Assembly: GCA_963693365.1 (NCBI GenBank)
Contig: CAVNZM010000011.1
Span: 2,895,098-2,959,097, forward strand
Direction of reading: 5' to 3'
DNA length: 64,000 nucleotides
From: Amoebidium appalachense
Taxonomy: Eukaryota > Protista > Ichthyosporea
Position numbers and translations under genes: made by a program. Below, piece after piece: positions 1 to 39,940 of the stretch; the first letter of the stretch is position 1, and each line of letters opens with the position of its first letter. A model generated the notes under the pieces. It saw only the letters and a list, made by a program, of their open reading frames with translations. It ran no database searches and had not been told where the DNA came from.

Positions 1-510
1 ACTATAACCCCCACCTGACATGCAGCCAATCAGTAAATGACTTAAAATAAATAGGTCTGTTCAATGGTTAAATATCATGTAATGAAAAGAAGATGTGACC
101 ACGTGCACCGGTGGTCTGTAATCGTGCATAGCTACACATTTTTCAATGCAAACGAAGAAACGCCAATTGCTCAATGTGTGTGTGTGTCCCCACTAGTTCA
201 ACCCCCCCCCCCCTCCCCCCACCCCCCTCCCCCCCTCCCCCCCCCCCCCCCCCCCCCCCCCTCCCCCCGCCCTCCCCCCACCCCCCACCCCCCACCCCAC
301 TCAACCCTTCCCCCCAGCACGGAAATTTCTCCTCTGGTGGACGACCAGGGCAATACCAAGTGAGAGAATGTGACGGAAGAAAGTTAACAAACTAGTCACA
401 TTAACCATCTGGATAAATTTGTGTAAGAATTCAGTGTCAACATCAAATATATGTCCAACTTCCACACGTTGGTGCTCTTGAAAACCAAAAACTCCGTATA
501 CCAGCGGGTC

Positions 511-13874
<13,364 letters not shown>

Positions 13875-14214
13875 TTTGCTTTTTAGGATGTGAGATTAGG
13901 CGTATTTAAAATATTTATGAGTACTCGTAGAATGATTGCTCCCAAAGTCAAGGTTCCCGAATACTAGAAGTAGAAAAGGAACTCGGTGGCTGTACCTTGT
14001 TACAGCTGCGAAAAGTATCTAAGCTTCCAAACAAGAACCAAAAACTCAATACACTTTTGAGCTATATTGAATCAAGTTATCAAGTTTTGCTGGCCATGCG
14101 TCACTTCGGATCCACTTCTCCTGTCTCAATAGCAAAGTTCTGGCACAACCTTGCTGAGCGTGTGCAGTAGAGCGGCCTAAGTCAAAATGCGATGTCACAG
14201 TTTCACTTCGCTGG

Positions 14215-14243
14215 TTTTGGCGCGCTTTTTCAATGGCGGGAAA
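14215..14243. promoter_or_regulatory. Paired E2F-like sites upstream of MSH2
   Basis: TTTTGGCGCG (14215-14224) and GGCGGGAAA (14235-14243) fit the TTTSSCGC consensus about 340 bp upstream of the ATG. Another GGCGGGAAA lies at 13812-13820 in intron 1. Confidence 0.55.
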
Positions 14244-14337
14244 AAGGCGCCAATCAAAAGCAGTATGTGTAAGAGCGAATCGTTTTCATTTATTTAACCC
14301 TTTATTTGGTTATATTTTAACGCAAAAATATATCACC

Positions 14338-14601
14338 ATGATCCTTCACTCGGCCTTCATTTTTCGTGCCCGGCGGCCCGCGCAGCTCAGTCTCGCAGCT
14401 GCCGTTGCTGCTACCTTTGGAGGTAGCTCTTATTTTTCAAGGATGAAAAAACTCTTCCTTCGCCGAAGAAGCGACTGATCACACGCCAACTCATACCCTT
14501 GAAAAATAGACGCCAGAGTATAGTTGGTCATACAGCGGCTGAGGCCACAGTCGAACGTGGCAGTTGCAGGACCGTCCAGACGTCGACTGGCCAGGGTGAA
14601 G
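14338..14601 (+). other. Possible first exons of an unidentified gene divergent from MSH2
   Basis: caccATG MILHSAFIFRARRPAQLSLAAAVAATFG (Arg/Ala-rich, targeting-peptide-like) ends at GAG|gtagct (14422). A phase-compatible second exon starts at 14536 or 14570 and ends at AAG|gtagtt (14601). No convincing continuation was found. Confidence 0.25.
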
Positions 14602-14951
14602 GTAGTTGGGTTCGCCCTAAAATGATAAGAAAACTCCTATGTTAGGGGCCTTGTTATCACACCGGTACGCCGGTAGCCCACAATGTCGGGCCCCCATGAT
14701 TACGCTTCCCGAAAGGAAAAAAAAACACAGTGTGTAGCATGCATCTGACACATCACTGAGCAGAATGCATATGACCACAAGACCACAAAATACACGCTGC
14801 AGTGACACACACACACACACACACATTTTCACGTCCTGGCTCTCTGGTGCACCAGTGATGCTACCGAAAATGTAGGAGCATGCTAAAAATAATCAACAAT
14901 ATGATTTTTCGAGACGGCCGTTCTTCGTACACACTGACTGATTAAAAAAAA

Positions 14952-14982
<31 letters not shown>

Positions 14983-15503
14983 TGGAAGGGGGGTGCTGCA
15001 TGCAAGTAAGTAAAAGGCTGCAATGCTGATCTCTAATATTGCCATCACTGAACGTGCAATTCATGAGATATTTCCATGCATGCCGCACGGTACACGTTTA
15101 TTTATAATGATTAAACTTGCAGTTATATATACATCATTGTTTATATTGTCCATCTAGATCTCACACCGTTTTCAATCTGAGCATGCACACAGTGCACATA
15201 CGGTGCTAAACTTTTCCAAAATTGATCCTCAGTTTGGCACTATCCACCAGGCACCATTGTTCACTATTCAGGGAGGGGGGGAAAAACGGCTGTATAATTC
15301 CTAAGAACAGTTATTGTGTCATGTCATCTCCGGTATACGTATCTAATAGTATTTGATTTAGTAAATTGGTTTCATTCCGCGCGTATTTGTTTACATGTTA
15401 GAAGCACGATGCTGCCCCCCCCTCTTCTCCCTCCCCCCTCCCTTCCCCGTGCGTGTTTGTTTGCTTGGCAAAAAATATGCCTTCCCCCCCCCCCCCTCCC
15501 CCC

Positions 15504-15540
<37 letters not shown>

Positions 15541-15541
15541 C

Positions 15542-15618
<77 letters not shown>

Positions 15619-15659
15619 GCACGCACACGCACACACACAAACCCCCGAACTCCCCCCCC

Positions 15660-15690
<31 letters not shown>

Positions 15691-15964
15691 ACACGCATCT
15701 ACATCCACATGCACACATCATATAGTAGCTCAAATAAACAGCTGACAATCTTTATAAAAACCTTGAAACCACTATGGTAATTATTCCCTAAATTATAAAG
15801 GCATATGATAAAAATCATCTTAGAAAGGCTTGCATGTATACTAAATAATATTTAAGGTCCAGGCTCAAAACACAGCGAATCCCCTCGCATGACGGTGCCA
15901 CATTCTCATATGTGGTCAACCCAGATCTCCCCCGCCCCTCTCTCCCCCTCCCCCCTCCCCCCCC

Positions 15965-15995
<31 letters not shown>

Positions 15996-16119
15996 CACTC
16001 CCCCCACCCCACCCCTCTAATGGTTGTCAATCCAAATCCACCCCAACCCCCGAGCCCCCGCCCTCAACTCCCCTCCCCCCCCCCCCTCCCCCCCCCCCCT
16101 CCCTCCACCCCCCCCCCTC

Positions 16120-16168
<49 letters not shown>

Positions 16169-16264
16169 CCCAAGAAAAAAGAAAAAAAGGAAAAAGAAAA
16201 AGAAAAGAAAAGGGAAAGCAAAGAAAAAGTAAAAAAAAAAGGACAAAAAACATTTTGCCCACTT

Positions 16265-16973
16265 TCAGCAACGGCTCACCATCAGTTCCCTCAACCTCGG
16301 CCATATATTTCTCACCTCCGCGGGTATCTCCGAGGACAGCAGCTGGGTCCTCATACGTTTCAATTCTCCCTCGTTTGGCTCACTGCCCATGATTCAGATG
16401 AAAAGAAAGAGGGAGGGCAGGCCACGGATGCTGAGAAAACTGAGACGGTCTTTCTGGAGGAGAGGACCAAGGTCTTGCACACTGTGAATCTGTGAAGATT
16501 TTTTTTTTTTTGTGTGTGTGTGTGCGTTGGGGGGGGGGGGGGGGGGAGGGGGGGGAAGGGAAGAGGGGGGTCGGAGAAGCAATTGCAAGAGGAGGTTGGG
16601 GAAGGAAGGAATGAAGGGGGGGGGGAGGGGGGGGGGGGATGGAGTGGGCGTTATAAAGTGTTATAATCTACATGCATCCAAGTTACTCGAACGTGTGCGT
16701 CTGTGGGTGTGGGTGTGTGCATGCATTTTGGCGGGGGGGGGGGGGGGGGGGGGGGGAGGGGGGGTGAGGGGAAAGGGGGAGGAGGGGGGGGGGGGGGGAG
16801 GACGGGAGGGGGGTGAGGAGGGGGAAAAGTGGGGGATTTGAATGCTTACATAGTGACTGTGTGTGTGTGTGTGTGTGTGAGTGAGTGTGTGTGTGTGTGT
16901 GCGTGTGTGGTGTGTGTGTGTGCATGAGCAAACTATGTCTTTTGCGTAGGCCCGGTGTGTGTGTGTGTGGGGG

Positions 16974-17005
<32 letters not shown>

Positions 17006-17586
17006 AAGGGTCGTCATTACTTTGTGTCGGAGATGAGAGATTCTCCAGTCTCGCACATTTTGCGATTGGCTCAAGGTCAGAGACAAGAGTGTTCGTGGCA
17101 TTCAATACCTCCAAATCCACACACCCACTCAATGCTTCCGACGTGGAGATGTTGGTGGACTCTAGCAACAGCTGTTTCATTCTCAGCCAGTTTTTCGCAA
17201 TGGAAATGTCGGAAACTGGACTGTCGGATAGGTCTGCATACTCGAGGGCAATGCAGGAAGCAAGGGGTAGTTCAACATCTGTCAGCCCGTTCTTGCGCAA
17301 AATGACGTGTTTGAGGTGGCAGAGGGGGCCTATGGGACTGACGTCGGATATCAGGCAACCCTGTGTGTGTGTGTTGGGGGGGGGGGGGGGGGATTTGGGC
17401 AAGAACTCATGTTAGATGAAGTCATGATCCTATCACGGTATTTTTGACGGCCAACCTTCTGGGCCCCAGAGCGCGGGGGGAAAGGGGGGAGGGGGGGGGG
17501 GGGGGGGGGGGGGGGGGAGGGGGCATGTAAAGGTATTTATACACGAACAATCAAAACTAGTTGATAACAAGGTGTCATCCCTCCCA

Positions 17587-17620
<34 letters not shown>

Positions 17621-17728
17621 CCCCCCCCCCCCCCCCCCCCCTTTCCCCCCCCCCCCCCCCCCCCCCCCCCTGGCATGGAGAACGGTAATTGATCTAAAGT
17701 TGTCCGGTAAAAATTGTTTGTTCCTACC
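16265..17728 (-). pseudogene. Leucine-rich repeat protein (LxxLxLxxTxISD-type), apparently disrupted
   Basis: Main exon 17021-17360 encodes about 5 LRRs (LKHVILRKNGLTDV, LEYADLSDSPVSDI, MKQLLLESTNIST, LEVLNATNTLVSDLEPI). Upstream exon 17669-17728 (FRSITVLHAR) runs into poly-G with no GT donor. The downstream exon from 16489 (IHSVQDLGPL..LSFLSIRGL) is out of phase and has an in-frame TGA at 16394-16396. Confidence 0.6.
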
Positions 17729-19064
17729 CTGAAAATGAATAAATACGATGCGTTTATAGCCAATCGTTTTCGAGCTGACGATAACAACTGTTTGGAAGCG
17801 GGCCCAGTGAAAAAAGCACACCAGGATAGGCCACATGGTTTCATCTTTGCAGTCAATGTTGCGTGACTAGAGTGCTATTCCACAAGCTAAGAAAACATGG
17901 TGGAAACAATGACAAATGCGGTATTTGTTAATTATGATGATCAGGCAGTTTCTCAATCCCGTTTTTTATATTTTTCATTTTTGGACAAAGTTTGTGGCTC
18001 GTCTCCCCAGACTTTGCTCAGAAGAATGAGAATGTTAGATATCTCAGGATAGCACTTTGGTAATATCATGGACAGCTTCATGTCTGACTGTCACTCAGAC
18101 ATCCTCTAGTCACGGCTGACCGGACAGCTTTGCTTGCCATACGTAGGAGTAGAAAAATATTTTTAAATCATTCAAAAATCAAATTTGCTGGAGCTCTTTG
18201 CTGGTTGATATTCATTACTCAGGAGGCTTCAAGGTGAGAGGTTTAAAAGCTGCCTGGATAGAATATGTGAATTTAATTGACTGGATTAGTTTAGGATGTA
18301 CATTTAGTTGTTTCAGTGTTATCCAATGATTTCCAATCATTTCTTCCATGGAAATATACTTTATCCAATCACTGTATTTGTCTGTTAACCTTTTATGGTT
18401 ACCAAATACCAAATCAGCAATAAAAAAAGGGATTCTGACATTCCACAATAAACTTGCACACATTCCTTCGTCATCCTCTGTGTGCGCAATGCGCATGCCG
18501 CTGTGGGCACCTGGTGGACTCACGATGCACTGCGATGGTGTGACTGTTACTGTGACTGCTAGGTAGGCTTTTGTCTGAGTATATGTGTGATAACTACAAT
18601 GCCATACATACCATCTACGTAGTATGCTTATCTACATAAACCGGGGTCCTCACTTTCTCTCGTATAACATTATTTATACGTGTGGTAGCCGAGTCATCGC
18701 TCTGTGGCGAACCCAACAGCAACCACAGTACCTACCTACCCAATAATCGCGATCGACCTGGACATGATGGAACAGACAATCTCAATTCCCATGCATAGTA
18801 GCCACAAATGACAGGGCATAGAATTTCGAGCTGTTTTATTACCAAAGTTGTGCACGCCTTTTGCTGGCAGTCCGTACAGTAGCGTACTGGCAGTAATCAA
18901 TATGTTCCCTTCTTTCTAATTAGAGGTTCATCAATGGCCAACAAGGCCGTTTCATTCTATTTTGTGTGGAGTATAGAGCGTTATACAGCCCGGTAAACAG
19001 TGTGTCCATTCTTGTAGATCGTTATCATGTTGTGAATTTAGCGGCGCTTCTACACTGCACAGAA

Positions 19065-31915
<12,851 letters not shown>

Positions 31916-32605
31916 ATATGTGAAAATTGGGTGAAATATTAACAGTTACGGTAGTTTCTGTTTTTTTCGCGCACGTTTTAAACGACCGAAGCTAGAACCT
32001 ATGTAGAACAATTCTGCAAAAGGTGTACAAGTCACGAAGACGGATTTGTGTTGGTTTTGTTTTGGTGATCGGTGAACGTGTTTCGTCGGCGCTTGCATGT
32101 ACGTACGTGTCCTACAGCCCCAGGTAAATGGATTGTGTACAGAAGCCCCAACAAATCAATTGTGTGTGATACTTCCGTGACTCTGTGTATACTGCAACGA
32201 AAAAAGCCGGTGTGGGGGGGGAGGGGGGGGGAGGGGGGGGGGGGGGGGGACAGAATCCAAAATGGTAAGTCTAGAGCGAAGCAAATATTTCGAGGAATTT
32301 TGCTTGAGATTCCGAGGAGTATGTACATACTAAGAATTTGAATTCAATTGATAACCAGAAAGCTTTAGGTCAAACTGTTTTTTAAATAATAATTTTGTCT
32401 TCCCTTTTTTCACTCTATGGTTTTTTTGGGCTTCTCTTTTTATTGCTGTAGCGGCATCAGTTCCCATCCTGAAGTGAGCAAATCAATATGTCATATGGTT
32501 TTCGGGTAAATTCAATATATCCAATTACTACTTTGGATCGAATGCGATCGGACATTTTGCATATTTGAATTCGAAATGTGCGAATTCAAACGGATAATTG
32601 GACAA

Positions 32606-32818
32606 TGCCTAAGCTAGTGGTACATGGGACTAAGGAACAAGAGGGAAAAAGGGGAACGAGGCACTTAGTGTGTGAGGGACGGTGACGGGACTCACACAGA
32701 GCTGCTGAGAGTCTGTATTGGGCCTGTGCTTGTGAGCGATGGCCAATCTGGCTGCCGTGAGCCGGGTGCGCCTGCCTATACCCCAGTGCGGGCGAGGTCA
32801 CGTGATCTCGCTCGGGCA
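32606..32818. mobile_element. 213-bp insertion nested in the left arm, with imperfect short TIRs
   Basis: Absent from the right arm, where the empty site reads ggacaaacccccc. Ends are TGCCTAAGCTAG and CTCGCTCGGGCA (9/12 inverted match). Two extra A residues flank it, a possible AA duplication. Confidence 0.6.
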
Positions 32819-33341
32819 AAACCCCCCAATTCCAAATGAAACAATAGAACAATTGAATCAATGCGCCAGTCCGGGCCGCGCCTAAATCTATCTGTACGAA
32901 GCGTAAGTTCAATGCAGCTGAGCTCGAGTGTACAGACGCGCACTTCGTGTGTGTGCACGTGTATACACGCACGTGTACATGTTCCCCTATGTATCCTGTG
33001 ACACAGTACGCATATGTCTGGGTGACAAAGCCTGACAATGATGAAGTTTTTTCTCCTTGTATGTATGCATGTTCATGCGTGCACACAACGTGTAGCAGTT
33101 AGCACTGATGTCAAAGAAGAAGCACGCACGAGCTCATTTCATCAATTAAAGAGAGAGAGAGGGGGGAGGGGGAGGGGGGAGGGGGAGGGGGAGAGGGGAG
33201 GGGGACGGGGACGGGGAGGGGAAGGGGGAGGGGGGCCGGGGAGGATCCGAAGCGGGGGGGGGGCGGGGGGGGGGGGGGGGGGGAGGGGGGAGAGCTCTAG
33301 AGAGAGAGAGAGAGAGCTCTAGAGAGAGAGAGAGAGAGCTC

Positions 33342-33383
<42 letters not shown>

Positions 33384-33851
33384 AGAGGGAGAGAGCTTGA
33401 GAGAGCCGGATAGAAAGAGGGTGTGTATACGTGTGCATGTATGATTTACATCAATGATGACACTTGTTATACTGATGTGTGATCTGTGGTGTGTGCGCAG
33501 TCACGTGCTGGATGATCTTGACGTTCACTTCTAAAAACACGTTCATAACGATTATCACTGCCAGGCGAGACCAGACAGGGAACAAAGATCGTCGTATGAA
33601 TCACTTCTTTGTAAATGAGGTTTGTGTCAACAGACACAGAGGCACAAGCCAGGGCCGAAAAAGAAAAAAAGCCGTGGTGTGTTTGTGGGTGTTTAGGGAA
33701 AGAAGGGGGGGGAGGGTGCGGGTGGTTGTGGGTGGGGCAGGGCGAGAGGAGAGGGGGGGTGGGGAAGGGAGGGAGAGAGAGAGGGAGAGAAAGAGAGAAA
33801 CAGTTGAGTTGAGTGGGTGGGTGCACTGCTATGGGCCCACGGTGGGATGGC

Positions 33852-33884
<33 letters not shown>

Positions 33885-33974
33885 GGGGGAGGAAGCGTGT
33901 ATGCTGGCTCTTTGGATGTGTGACACGTGTGTGTGTGTGTGTATGTGCTAAGTCTGTGAGTTCGCTCATGCAAG

Positions 33975-34027
<53 letters not shown>

Positions 34028-34180
34028 AAGGGAATCGAGGGTTGTGGCCCGGAAGGCAGAAGGTGAGTGGGAAGTGAGTGGGTACGTTGTTGGGGATGAG
34101 CAAGTGAAAGAAAAATGGGAGAAAACAAGGCCCCGAACGGGTAAAAGAAAAGAGCAGGGTGGGCAGGCGGCTGCGCCGCG

Positions 34181-34216
<36 letters not shown>

Positions 34217-34314
34217 GACAGCAATGGAGGGACGGGAAGAGAAGCGAGACAACACCTGCCCAAAAACTTAGAAAAATTACCAACACACATGCAGTCCCCC
34301 CTCCCCCCCTCCCC

Positions 34315-34345
<31 letters not shown>

Positions 34346-34716
34346 TTCCCCCCCCAAATAGACATAAACGTTCACACATCCTAACACAGCCACCCACACC
34401 CTTGTATGCAAACACACACTCCCAAACTTACACCCAACCACTCACCCACACACTTACACCAGAGCAAGAATGAGAGCCGGGAAGGAGAGAGCTTTATCAC
34501 AGGAAAGAGATGCACGGATGAAGGGAGAAGAAGACTCGGAAAAGAGAAGAGGTGATCTGTGTGTGTGTCTGTTGGAGGGGGGGGGGGGGAGGGGGGCATA
34601 TGACAAGAACGTGAAAGAGACGTAGAGAGAGACAGGGGGGGATGAGGGAGAGCAGAAAAGATCATGATTGGAAAGTGAAAGAGCGAGACGGGGGGTGGGG
34701 TAGGGAGGGAGAGAGG

Positions 34717-34754
<38 letters not shown>

Positions 34755-34768
34755 CGAGAGAGAGAGAG

Positions 34769-34810
<42 letters not shown>

Positions 34811-35205
34811 TGTGTGTGTGTGTGTGTGTAACGGAGAGAGATGAGGGAGAGAGACAACGAACGGGGGCTCCTGCGTGGCTTGAGATGCCATGAGTGATAG
34901 AAGGAGGATGTTGGGATTAGGGACAGGGGTAGCTGCGGATGAGAGCAGGTGAGTGGGAAGAACATGGAAGGAAAGGAGTCCTCCCGTGAGGAATGAGAGG
35001 AAAGAGTAAGAGAGGAGAGAGGACATCCTCCGGTACCATGGTGTGCGTCAGTGCGTCTGCGTGTGGGTGTAGCCTTGTGCGTCTGTTTTGGTGTGTGCAA
35101 TGGCTTCCCTGTGTGTGTGCCGTGTTTGTCACAGTGTGAGTATGTGTGCGCACGCGCACCCACTGCCTGTGGTGTGTGTGTGCGTACATATGCGGGTGGT
35201 TGTTT

Positions 35206-35367
<162 letters not shown>

Positions 35368-36766
35368 GAATCGGCTGACCAAGGCAGGGGTAGGGAGTAA
35401 AAAGGGCGCTGGGGCGGGTTAAAAAAATGAGGAGATCCGGACGAGAAGAGCGAGGGAGAAAGGGGAAAGGGGGAGACTGGCCGCTCCAGGCCCACACAGT
35501 TGTGCTAGTTGAGCTTCTGTTGTGTGTAAAGGAACTTACCTTACATAGTATGCTTAGGCCAGTGTCCACCAGGAGAACTGCAGCTGTTTGAACTGAGCCA
35601 GCGCTTCTACTTCTGCGCCATTCCTCACTCGTGTGTGCTTGTGCCACCGGTACCTTGTGTGTGCGTGGGCGCGTGTGCAAGTGCGCGGCTGAAACCAGGG
35701 AGGGTGAATCGGATAGTGCAGAAAAGGCAGAGATCTAGAAGAGAAGGTACGAGAATCTACAAGGAGAAAAAACCCCATCATTGTCAGGCTTTGTCACCCA
35801 GACATATGCGTACTGTGTCACAGGATACATAGGGGAACATGTACACGTGCGTGTATACACGTGCACACACACGAAGTGCGCGTCTGTACACTCATCTGCA
35901 TTGAACTTACGCTTCGTGCAGATAAATTTAGGCGCGGACTGGCGCATTGATTCAATTGTTCTATTGTTTCATTTGGAATTGGGGGGTTTGTCCAGTTATC
36001 CGTTTGAATTCGCACATTTCGAATTCAAATATGCAAAATGTCCGATCGCATTCGATCGATTGTAGCAATTGGATATATTGAATTTACCCAAAAACCATTT
36101 GACACATTGATTTGCTCACTTCAGGATTGGATATAAACACAGGCTTTTTTCTTCTTGGATCTACTATTGCATGATATTGTACAAATGAATGAGCCTTTTG
36201 AATCGCCACTATATCAGACTCGGAACCTAACCTAAATAAACAATAAAAATTAAATAAACAATAAAAATTATAAACAATAATAAAATAATACCAAAAAAAA
36301 TATATACAATTTATTATACGGTTATAGTGCGATAGTGCAATCTGTAAGTGTTTCTTTTGAGACCCATGATCCAACGCTTTACATTGTAGATTTATCATTG
36401 AGCTAAAGGCGCCTCAAACTCGTAGCCAATCACACGTCAGTGGCTCAGTCTGTTATCACCGTTTTTGTCCTCCTACTGCCCTGGGATGCGCAACAGCCAA
36501 ACAGCCCAGTCAGTTTTTTGTGGCTTGTGTGTGAGACGTTGAAAGCTAGTCGTGACAATAAGCACTGTTTGCCCTGTTTACCAAAATTGCTATCTTCTAA
36601 TGTAAGCTAGTTCCCTTCTTTTTTTTGTCTTTGCTTTTGCCTCGCCTTCATGTGCATCGGTGGTTGCTCGTTTTTTGAAGTGTCCCTTCTGAGAGCATGA
36701 CTACCCCAAGTTTCAACCCCCCATCCCTTGAGCCTCGTACCCACGCGCACGACCACACACGCACAC

Positions 36767-36798
<32 letters not shown>

Positions 36799-37085
36799 TT
36801 CCATCTCCCTCTCCTTTTCTCTCTGCCCCCCCCGCCCGCCCCTCCCACCTCCCTCCCTCCCCCCCCCTCCTTCCCCCCGCCCCTCGCCCTCTCTTTTTTC
36901 TCTTCCCCCGCCTCCTCCTCCCTCCCCACCCCCCCCCCCCCCCCCCCGGCCTCTTCCTCCCCCTGCTAATGACTTCACTGTATATATTTGCACTCACTCC
37001 ATGCTGCATCCATGTTCCTGATACACCCATCACCCCCTTCACCCACCTCCACACTCACTACTTACACCACCCAGCAGCCACCACC

Positions 37086-38438
37086 ATGTCTTTATCACGT
37101 GCTCTTTCTGCTCTGTCCACCCGCCAGGCCCTCACCCCTGCCCTGGTTACTGCCGCACGGTCGTTTGGCACAAGTGCCGGTGTTGGTAACGAGGTGTTTG
37201 TGAAGGTAGAATCCCCCCCCCCCCCCCCTTCTTTCCTCTTTCCCCCCTCCCCCCTCCCCTGCCCCGGGCTCCCTCTTCAGGAAAGCTTGAACCCCCTTCA
37301 CACACACACACACACACACAACACAGTGACATACCTTATCGGTCAAAGCAGATGGATACTTTCTTCAAGGCAATATCTGCTAGCACTCTCTGTCAGAAAC
37401 CAGAACGCACACACACCTCTGCCCTTCATTATACGATAGGCGGATCGAAAAAAACCCCGTTCCTATTCTCTACTTGGATGAAAATGCCCTTATGCACATT
37501 CTTCTCTTCGTGCTCGCCATCCTCCCCCCCCCCCCCCGGCCCCCGGTGCCCCCTTTCCGAACAACGAATATAAATATTGTTGCGTGTCATTTCCTTCTCT
37601 GTTCTCTCTTCTTTCACATTCTCAAGGCCCTTCTTTCCCGCTCCTGGCTCGGCTTCTTTGGGGTTCTACTTTCTCTCTGTCTCTCTCCCCGTTCCCCTCT
37701 CTCTTCCCCTCTCTCCCTGTTTCGCCCCCTCTCCCTCCCTGCCTGCCTCCCTGTCTCTCTTTCTGGCTCGCTCTCTTTCCCTCCACCCATCCCCCCCTCG
37801 CGCCGAGCCACCCTCCCACACTCTTCCCCTCTTCAACTTGCTACAATCTCTCCTGTCAACCCACCCACTCACGCATCCCTTACTCCTGACTTTTAACACC
37901 TCAGCACCAAGTATGTATGCCCCTGTTTATGGAGAAAAATTGGAGTTTTCTCTTTCACCAACCCTTAACCGATTCGTAACCTTTAACCCACTTAGGAGAT
38001 AGATTGGAGTTGTCCCACTCACCAACCTTTAACCCATACAAATTGGAGTTTTGGCACTCACCAACCCTTAACCCATCCAGGATCTCATTAAGGCACGCAA
38101 GGGCCAGGTGCTGCAGGTGCATACAAATGCCACTTGCACACAGGCAGCTAAGATCATGAACGAGAAGAATGTCGGCTCAGCAATCGTCATGAAGGGTGAC
38201 GAGGTATTACCCTCCCTCCCCCCCCCCCCCCCCCCCCCCCCCCAACCCCCCACCCCCCGGGGAGGAATAAATCTTGCCTATATGCACAGCAAAGCGGCTT
38301 TTGTGTGCATGTGTTATGATATGGTTCGTTGTATATCTTGCTACCTGGTACTGTATACAGCTATTTAATCCGACCTATGCATACCCTTTTCCCTTTCCTG
38401 ACCCAGTACACACACACATACACCGGACACACACAAAC

Positions 38439-38523
<85 letters not shown>

Positions 38524-38816
38524 TTTGGGATTGTGACGGAGCGTGACTTTCTCAAGAAGGTTGTGGTGCCCAACGTGAACAGTGACAAGGTGACGGTGGG
38601 GGAGATAGCAACCACTGACGTCATAGCCGTGGATGAGGCCCAGACCGTGGGCAGCTGCATGTCTCTCATGGTAGGGGGGGGGGGGGGGGGGGGGGGGGGG
38701 TCAACACACGGACACATGCACACAAGCACACATACACGGGCACATGCACATGTGCACTGTGAACAGCCACGGTAAGAAGGAAGTTAGTTTGTTCCGCGTT
38801 TTTTTTTTTTTTTTTT

Positions 38817-38847
<31 letters not shown>

Positions 38848-39380
38848 GGGGGGATGGGACGATGGGAGTAATGATTCGGGTAGGGGTCTTCGGAATGCAT
38901 AGTGCCGATGTGCCGTTGTGTCCTTTAGCTGTAGAGCAACGTGTTCCTGCATTGCTTTATACCACACAATAACCTTTCTTGTATGACCCCAATGGGCACT
39001 GTTCTCTGCCTACGCCATTGTTGTTAATTCTGTTGTGTGCTTTTGTTTTTGTGGATCTTGTCTTGGCTTCTCTGTTTGCTCGCTCTAATGGGTAGGTCTC
39101 ATACTCGTCCTTTTCTCTTCATCACTGGTTCTGTGCCCAGGCACGTGAATGACCCCCCCCCCCCCCCCTTCCCCTTCCCCCACCACCACCACCACCACCC
39201 AGAAAATAAGACGCTAAAATTGAAAAAAATTAAGGCCAAGTTATAAGGCCTATGTGATGACACCATTGTCACCAACCTTGTCTATACATCAATCTTTGGG
39301 TAGTGACCTAGTGACCTCTTTAACGGGAGGCTAAGTGTTCCATGGTGTGTTCCATGTGATCCATGCGGACGCTGATTTTT

Positions 39381-39412
<32 letters not shown>

Positions 39413-39760
39413 TTTTTTTTTTTTGTGGACGTGCAGCAACAGGCAGGTCTGAGACATCTGCCGGTTGTTCGTGATGGCAAGATTGTGGATGTGCTCTCCA
39501 TCCGTGACCTGGTGAGTGCATGTGTGGGGTGTGTGGGTGTGGGTGTGGGTGTGTGGGTGTGGGTGTGGGTGTGGGTGTGTGGGTGTGGGTGTGTTTTGGA
39601 ATGTCTTAACGATAGGGGGTACGAATGGAGCGCTGAGGTGGATGCGCCCATGTCTGTATGTGTGTTGTGGTGTGCCTGGTGGCGAGGGAGGGGGGGAGGG
39701 GGAGGGAGGGGGGGGGGGGGGGGATTTCACGGCCAAGCGGGTTTGTGTCTGGTGCTGAAT

Positions 39761-39793
<33 letters not shown>

Positions 39794-39885
39794 TCCCCTC
39801 CCCGATAATGGAGTTAGTATAAGCTCCTGCCTACCATGAAATCGAACGTGGCCGGCACTTTTCAACACACACCTATGCCTGCATG

Positions 39886-39940
<55 letters not shown>

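Noticed and set aside
16394-16396. TGA recoding (selenocysteine or readthrough) in the LRR gene
   Set aside because: Other lesions in the same gene favour pseudogenisation or error. No SECIS was recognised, and TGA is the normal stop of USP38.
18215-18523. AT-rich 102-aa ORF as a gene
   Set aside because: No recognisable family or splice context; possibly a repeat remnant.
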